Assembly (NCBI GenBank): GCA_050951325.1
Contig: JBMNIW010000001.1
Span: 335,567 to 399,566 of the forward strand
DNA from: Clostridia bacterium
GTDB lineage: Bacteria > Bacillota > Clostridia > UBA1212 > DUPL01
Length of the DNA: 64,000 nucleotides
Direction: 5' to 3'
Shown: positions 59,289 to 64,000 of the stretch, piece by piece
Position numbering within the stretch: position 1 is the first letter of the stretch
Layout: each line of letters starts with the position of its first letter
Made by a program: the position numbers and the translations under genes
Notes under the pieces: model-generated
Told to the model about the DNA's origin: nothing
Seen by the model: only the letters and a program-made list of their open reading frames with translations
The model's database searches: none

Positions 59289-60233
59289 TTACCTCCTGGT
59301 TTTCCACAGAGCCATAGGATGATTTTCTATTCGCTTTATAATCTCTGTATCTTCAAATAATAACTGAGGTATATATACTTTCTTTTCAAAGTAATCAAGG
59401 AACTCTTTCTCTGAAGGTGTTAAAACGAGTAATTCGTTGAGATAATCCTTTACCACCTTCTTCGCTGTTTCCAAATCAAAAGAATCCCGTTTAGTCAATA
59501 CCGGAAGCAAATCCGTCTTTATTTTATGATTTGTCAAGCTATCAATGGCTGCAGTGTTGAAGTCTTTGTTGATTTCCTTTGCAGAAACGGCCGCATAAAA
59601 TACTACACATTTTCTGAGTAGTTTTTCTTCCATTTCATCAAACAATTTAAATCTTATCATGTTATATGTATCATATAAATCTCTTGCTGCGGCACGATTC
59701 AGAAGGGCGTTAATCTTGCTTCCAAATATCTCAATGACATTAAGGCAGTTTAATTTGTATTCGCTTTCAAAATGTTCTGTTACTATTCGCATTTCTTGTG
59801 CCGGAAATACATGTGCTCGCAAGGAATAATTAATTTCGATTTTAATATTATCCTTGTTTCCTCCCAAATTCACATATTCATAAACCCACGAATCCAGACT
59901 ATGTGGCTTTTTTGATTTTGGGCTCAGATTATAGCCACTGAGTTCCATAAATCTGGCAAGTGTCTTATTAATGTTTTCCCTATTGTGAAGCATTTTTTCC
60001 CTGCTGTCATTAACTAAATAATCAAGGTCAATGTCCACAGATAGCCTCGGAAGGTTAAAGGCGATTAGATTAATTGCTGTTCCACCCTTTAACGCTAAAT
60101 TGCCTTTCAACTTTGGTTCGGTGCTTAGAAATTCAAGAATATCTGCCAAACGATAAACCTTTTCCAAAGTGTCCCGGGCAAATCCAAATTCAGAAGCTCT
60201 TTTTGATATATAGCTTTTATCGTAATTAAACAA
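59289..60233 (-). CDS. abiEii: AbiEii-family nucleotidyltransferase toxin
   Basis: LKGGTAIN, RLSVDIDL, KIEIN, KINAL..R...RDLYD. Confidence 0.9.
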   Translation of the reverse strand: MFNYDKSYISKRASEFGFARDTLEKVYRLADILEFLSTEPKLKGNLALKGGTAINLIAFNLPRLSVDIDLDYLVNDSREKMLHNRENINKTLARFMELSGYNLSPKSKKPHSLDSWVYEYVNLGGNKDNIKIEINYSLRAHVFPAQEMRIVTEHFESEYKLNCLNVIEIFGSKINALLNRAAARDLYDTYNMIRFKLFDEMEEKLLRKCVVFYAAVSAKEINKDFNTAAIDSLTNHKIKTDLLPVLTKRDSFDLETAKKVVKDYLNELLVLTPSEKEFLDYFEKKVYIPQLLFEDTEIIKRIENHPMALWKTRR

Positions 60234-60984
60234 GAGGGGCGCCTCCCTGCTCAGTTATTTGAAAAAGATATTCCGGAACCACTAATCTCCATTCATTCAA
60301 ATACTTTGTACTATCCTTCGTCAGATAACGTGTGCTTTTCCCTATTTTATTCCTGCAATAGGATATAAATTCATCAGATAACTGCAATAGGTCCTTATAA
60401 TGTTCCATTAAAAAACCAGTCTTCTGATATAAAAACTGCAGATTATATGCATCCAAATACTTGATTAATTCATATTCACTCAAGTATGGTATAGACTCTA
60501 TGCAATTTAACAGCTCTTCAATGCCTCCGATTTTTTCGAAGTCTTTTATACTGTCAACTACCGTACGTTCCAGTGTGGTGACCCGAATTCCGTGTGTATT
60601 TCTAGGCTCTATAACTCCACTTGATAGTTTCGATGAAACGTATTTATAGGTTATTCCATTGAATTCAAAATCATCGAAGCGTCTTTCAGAAGAAACATAA
60701 ATCTCATAAAACACCTGATTTGATATACCCATATATTCAAAAGCTGAATGATGCGAAAGATAAGCAGTATTATTGATGGCACAAGCTATGTGGTATTTAG
60801 TTGCCACAGGCTGCCCATCGGCTACATTGATACATGTATATAAATTATTTCTGATTTTCCTCACTAAGCCTTTTTTGGATAAACGAAGAACAAGGGAAGA
60901 TGCGGTCTTTTTGTTTCCGACAAGCTTGTATACATCATCCATTCTAAAGGTGTTTAGTTTTGCGAGTTGAGAATATCCTACCAT
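60226..60984 (-). CDS. abiEi: AbiEi-family antitoxin/regulator
   Basis: wHTH N-terminus; YLSHHSAFEYMG; RVTTLERTVVD; overlaps toxin start. Confidence 0.88.
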   Translation of the reverse strand: MVGYSQLAKLNTFRMDDVYKLVGNKKTASSLVLRLSKKGLVRKIRNNLYTCINVADGQPVATKYHIACAINNTAYLSHHSAFEYMGISNQVFYEIYVSSERRFDDFEFNGITYKYVSSKLSSGVIEPRNTHGIRVTTLERTVVDSIKDFEKIGGIEELLNCIESIPYLSEYELIKYLDAYNLQFLYQKTGFLMEHYKDLLQLSDEFISYCRNKIGKSTRYLTKDSTKYLNEWRLVVPEYLFQITEQGGAPLV

Positions 60985-61223
60985 TACAAATACCTCTTTA
61001 ATTTTCGCCATAATTTCTTTAAATATAAAGGAATTTTATCACACTATAAAGTCTATTTTTATTATTTCTCTAATTTTATCGTATTATTCTTCATATGTAA
61101 AGAAATTTATTAAAATATTAAAGTACATATTTATAAAACACTTATGAAAAATACCCACTATCTATTCTGTCAACTCAACCCTACCTATTTTTGAGTTCAA
61201 ATTTCACCTCAAAATACCCCATC

Positions 61224-61342
61224 GATATGTTCCCATGTACGTATTTTGGGCCTTTAGGTTGAGTAGATAAGTTGAATATAATCAAACAAATACTGTAAAA
61301 TCAAGATTTACAAATTTGACATCGATGATAACACTCCACATG
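61224..61342. other. att-like site D (degenerate)
   Basis: Minus catgtggagtgttatcatcgatgtcaa (HVEC) 8 bp after the recombinase stop; ctgtaaaatcaag (61293); plus-strand gatatgttccca (DMFP, 61224). Confidence 0.65.
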
Positions 61343-61350
61343 ATTACAAG

Positions 61351-62919
61351 CTATAGATTCACTTCCATTTCTAATCCCGACTTAAACTCTACCATTAACC
61401 TGTCATCATATACAATCGCTTTTTCAACTAGTTTTCTGACCAGTTTATCATCAAACTCCGTAATATCACCGGTTTGCGTGTTAAGGAAGTCCGTCATTTC
61501 AGCAATCCGATCCCTCTTATCTTGGCGAAGAGCGTTTCTTGAAAGGGTTTCTTGCCTTAAGTCCCGTAAGCGGTAAATCTCGTTGACAATATTATCGTAT
61601 GCTTCCTTTGAATTTGCCTTTTGGATCAACTCGGTTTGGAGTTCTTCCAGCCTTTTATCAATATCTGCCGTACTCTCATCCAAATCCACGCTTAATACGG
61701 TTTCAATATTCTTCTTCAGTATGGCCAAAAAAGAGTTTTTTCCGCTGACCGCTACATTGATGGCTTCTACAATTTTCTCTTTAAGCGTATCTTCAAGTAT
61801 AGTGGAAGCGGTACAAAATAAACCGGTGTTTTCCAATCTACTAATGCATCTCCATACGATTGATTTCTTTCCTCGGTTATTCCAATGAACCCTGCGGAAT
61901 ATCTCATGACAATTGCCGCAGAAAACTATCTGTGATAAAGGATGATTATTGCTATAGTTTCTTTTCTTTCCATTCTTACTTATATACACACATCTTCTTT
62001 TAACAAGCTGTTCCTGCACCTGCATAAAGATTTCATGCGGGATTATGGGCTCATGGCTGTTTTCTACATAGTATTGTGGAACTATACCGTTATTGGGTAC
62101 CCTTTTCTTCGATAAAAAATCTACCGTATAGGTTTTCTGCAGCAGCGCATCACCGATATATTTTTCATTCCTCAAAATCTTATTGATAGTACTAGTATGC
62201 CATCTGGGATTGCCTGCACCCGTCAGAATTCCGTCAGCCTCCAAACCCCTAGCTATCTGTAGCATACTGGAACCTTCAAGATATTCTCTGTAAATGCGTT
62301 TGACGATCTCAGCCTCTTCAGGTACGATAACTAAATTGCCATCCTTATCCTTTGTATAGCCAAGAAACCGGTTGTGATTGATATGGATTTTTCCTTGCTG
62401 ATATCGGTACTGAATACCCAGTTTTACATTCTGGCTTAACGATTGGCTTTCTTGCTGTGCCAAAGACGCCATAATGGTCAACAGGATTTCCCCTTTGGAA
62501 TCCAATGTGTTTATATTTTCCTTTTCAAAGTAAACCGGAATATTTTTTTCTTTAAGCTGCCTTATGTACTTTAGGCAGTCCAGCGTATTTCTTGCAAACC
62601 GGCTGATAGATTTCGTAATTATCATATCGATTTTGCCCTGCATGCATTCTTCTATCATCCGGTTAAATTCCTCACGCTTTTTTGTGTTAGTTCCGGTAAT
62701 ACCTTCATCTGCAAATATACCAGCTAACTCCCATTCTGGATTGCTTTTAATGTAATTTGTATAATGCTCGATTTGCGCTTCATAACTGGTTGCCTGCTCC
62801 TCGCTGTCCGTAGAAACACGACAGTAAGCTGCTACCCGAAGCTTAGGCAATTCCTCAGCATTTGCACTATTCCCAATTCGCTTACGGGCAGGAATTACCG
62901 TAACATTCCTGGTTGTCAT
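61351..62919 (-). CDS. Large serine recombinase (cassette 3, third gene)
   Basis: [16 protein letters not shown], zinc ribbon CGNC...WRC. Confidence 0.95.
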   Translation of the reverse strand: MTTRNVTVIPARKRIGNSANAEELPKLRVAAYCRVSTDSEEQATSYEAQIEHYTNYIKSNPEWELAGIFADEGITGTNTKKREEFNRMIEECMQGKIDMIITKSISRFARNTLDCLKYIRQLKEKNIPVYFEKENINTLDSKGEILLTIMASLAQQESQSLSQNVKLGIQYRYQQGKIHINHNRFLGYTKDKDGNLVIVPEEAEIVKRIYREYLEGSSMLQIARGLEADGILTGAGNPRWHTSTINKILRNEKYIGDALLQKTYTVDFLSKKRVPNNGIVPQYYVENSHEPIIPHEIFMQVQEQLVKRRCVYISKNGKKRNYSNNHPLSQIVFCGNCHEIFRRVHWNNRGKKSIVWRCISRLENTGLFCTASTILEDTLKEKIVEAINVAVSGKNSFLAILKKNIETVLSVDLDESTADIDKRLEELQTELIQKANSKEAYDNIVNEIYRLRDLRQETLSRNALRQDKRDRIAEMTDFLNTQTGDITEFDDKLVRKLVEKAIVYDDRLMVEFKSGLEMEVNL

Positions 62920-63340
62920 CTAAAATCACCTCGCTCTTAATAAGACTATAAGCATACTCTGCCTGCTGAAATGGATCATCGTATAGATTATCTGGCATTG
63001 AAGCATGAAACTTATAATTCAGGCATTTCTTTTCATTTCCTTTATGTTCATAAATCCTGCCAAGCGCCTCAGCTCGCCTGCGTCTTTCCAGTTGTGCTTT
63101 TTCGAATGTGTCCTTGCTGATAATTGGCGGATAGAATTTATCCTTAACATACCGTTTATCTGCCAGCATTCTTGCAATAGATGTGTGGTAGCGCTTAATG
63201 CCCGCTTTTTGGGCTGCTTCGGTTAAAGAAAGCCCGGAAAGGTAAGCCTCAAATAGTTTCTCAATCTTAACTGCTTCCTCTTCATTAATTACAGCCCTAC
63301 CGTTCTGAATGGTATATCCAAAAGGTATATGGCTCATCAT
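62882..63340 (-). CDS. Small recombinase-domain protein (cassette 3, middle gene)
   Basis: [11 protein letters not shown]...YLSGLSL..AA..AGI..YH. Confidence 0.85.
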   Translation of the reverse strand: MMSHIPFGYTIQNGRAVINEEEAVKIEKLFEAYLSGLSLTEAAQKAGIKRYHTSIARMLADKRYVKDKFYPPIISKDTFEKAQLERRRRAEALGRIYEHKGNEKKCLNYKFHASMPDNLYDDPFQQAEYAYSLIKSEVILDDNQECYGNSCP

Positions 63341-63999
63341 TTCACCAGCCTTTCTCTTAAGTTCAACCCGCATTTCATTTTGAAACCTATTTCTTCTTGT
63401 GAAAACACAATGATTTCGCGGGTAAAATCCTCAAATATTTCGCTATCGAATGCATCAATCTGCTTTTCAGCTTTCGTTGCAAATTTAAGAAGCTTCTCAA
63501 CCTCAACAAGGATAGTCTGACTCCCATCGATTGCGCGTTTTATGGCTTCTTTTTGTTCTTTTAATATGGCTGCTTCTTTAAGCAGCTCATTTTTTTGTGT
63601 ATTAAAAAGAGCGGGTTCCAGGTATCCTTTGGCCATAAGTCCCATAATCACCTGAACTCGCTCTGTATTTTCTTTGATTTTTGTTTCCATCTCCTGAATC
63701 TTTGTTATGTTATCTGAGTAATTTGTCTTCTTTAAGCTTTGTAGCAATGGTCTTAGAATGAATTTATGACCGAAAATAAGCTTATTGATCATTACAACGA
63801 AGGCCTGATGGATTGCATCCTCTCTGACAAACTTCATGGAACAGCTTGATGCGTCCTTTATATGCTTTGTGCAGCACCATGCAATATATTTACGGTTACC
63901 GCTGCCATGAATTCGACGCTTAAAACTGCTGCCACATTCTGCGCATTTGATTTTCCCAGAGAAAGGGTAGCGTTTTTGATACTTACTGCTTCCCTTAAT
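63337..63999 (-). CDS. Large serine recombinase (cassette 3, first gene), 5'-partial
   Basis: Frame open to window edge: KYQKRYPFSGKIKCAECG..FKRRIH..WCC; paralogue of 50020-51579. Confidence 0.92.
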   Translation of the reverse strand: MKGSSKYQKRYPFSGKIKCAECGSSFKRRIHGSGNRKYIAWCCTKHIKDASSCSMKFVREDAIHQAFVVMINKLIFGHKFILRPLLQSLKKTNYSDNITKIQEMETKIKENTERVQVIMGLMAKGYLEPALFNTQKNELLKEAAILKEQKEAIKRAIDGSQTILVEVEKLLKFATKAEKQIDAFDSEIFEDFTREIIVFSQEEIGFKMKCGLNLRERLVK

Positions 64000-64000
64000 T

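Noticed and set aside
1-64000. tRNA, rRNA, integron integrase or attC sites
   Set aside because: None recognised; no tyrosine recombinase in the window

Overview
Accessory, mobile-element-rich window from a spore-forming low-GC Firmicute (Clostridia-like). After one partial plus-strand gene with a probable spore-coat (SPOCS) domain, nearly all genes lie on the minus strand. 0.8-38.7 kb is a mosaic of unrelated cargo: PL8 lyase, SWIM protein, a two-component system with a serine hydrolase, a 9-kb operon behind a membrane-embedded LuxR regulator, GNATs, an ars-like redox operon, a Cys-rich IS30 and many truncated genes. 38.9-64 kb is a stack of integrative elements. It holds three copies (one complete, two partial) of a three-gene large-serine-recombinase cassette, a short solo recombinase, a phage endolysin, defence-type cargo (tandem DUF262/GmrSD-like pair, PD-(D/E)xK-like protein, EVE-like plus Nudix pair, OLD remnant, AbiEi/AbiEii) and IS1634/IS3 remnants. 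The main non-coding signal is a family of sites that translate to the RlmD/RumA C-terminal motif DMFPxT.HVECV. They recur at 41.3, 43.8, 57.9 and 61.3 kb with a shared end architecture, which suggests serial, SCC-like cassette accretion at an rlmD 3' end outside the window. All family assignments come from motif recognition by eye, not database searches. Several junctions and frameshifts may be assembly artefacts.
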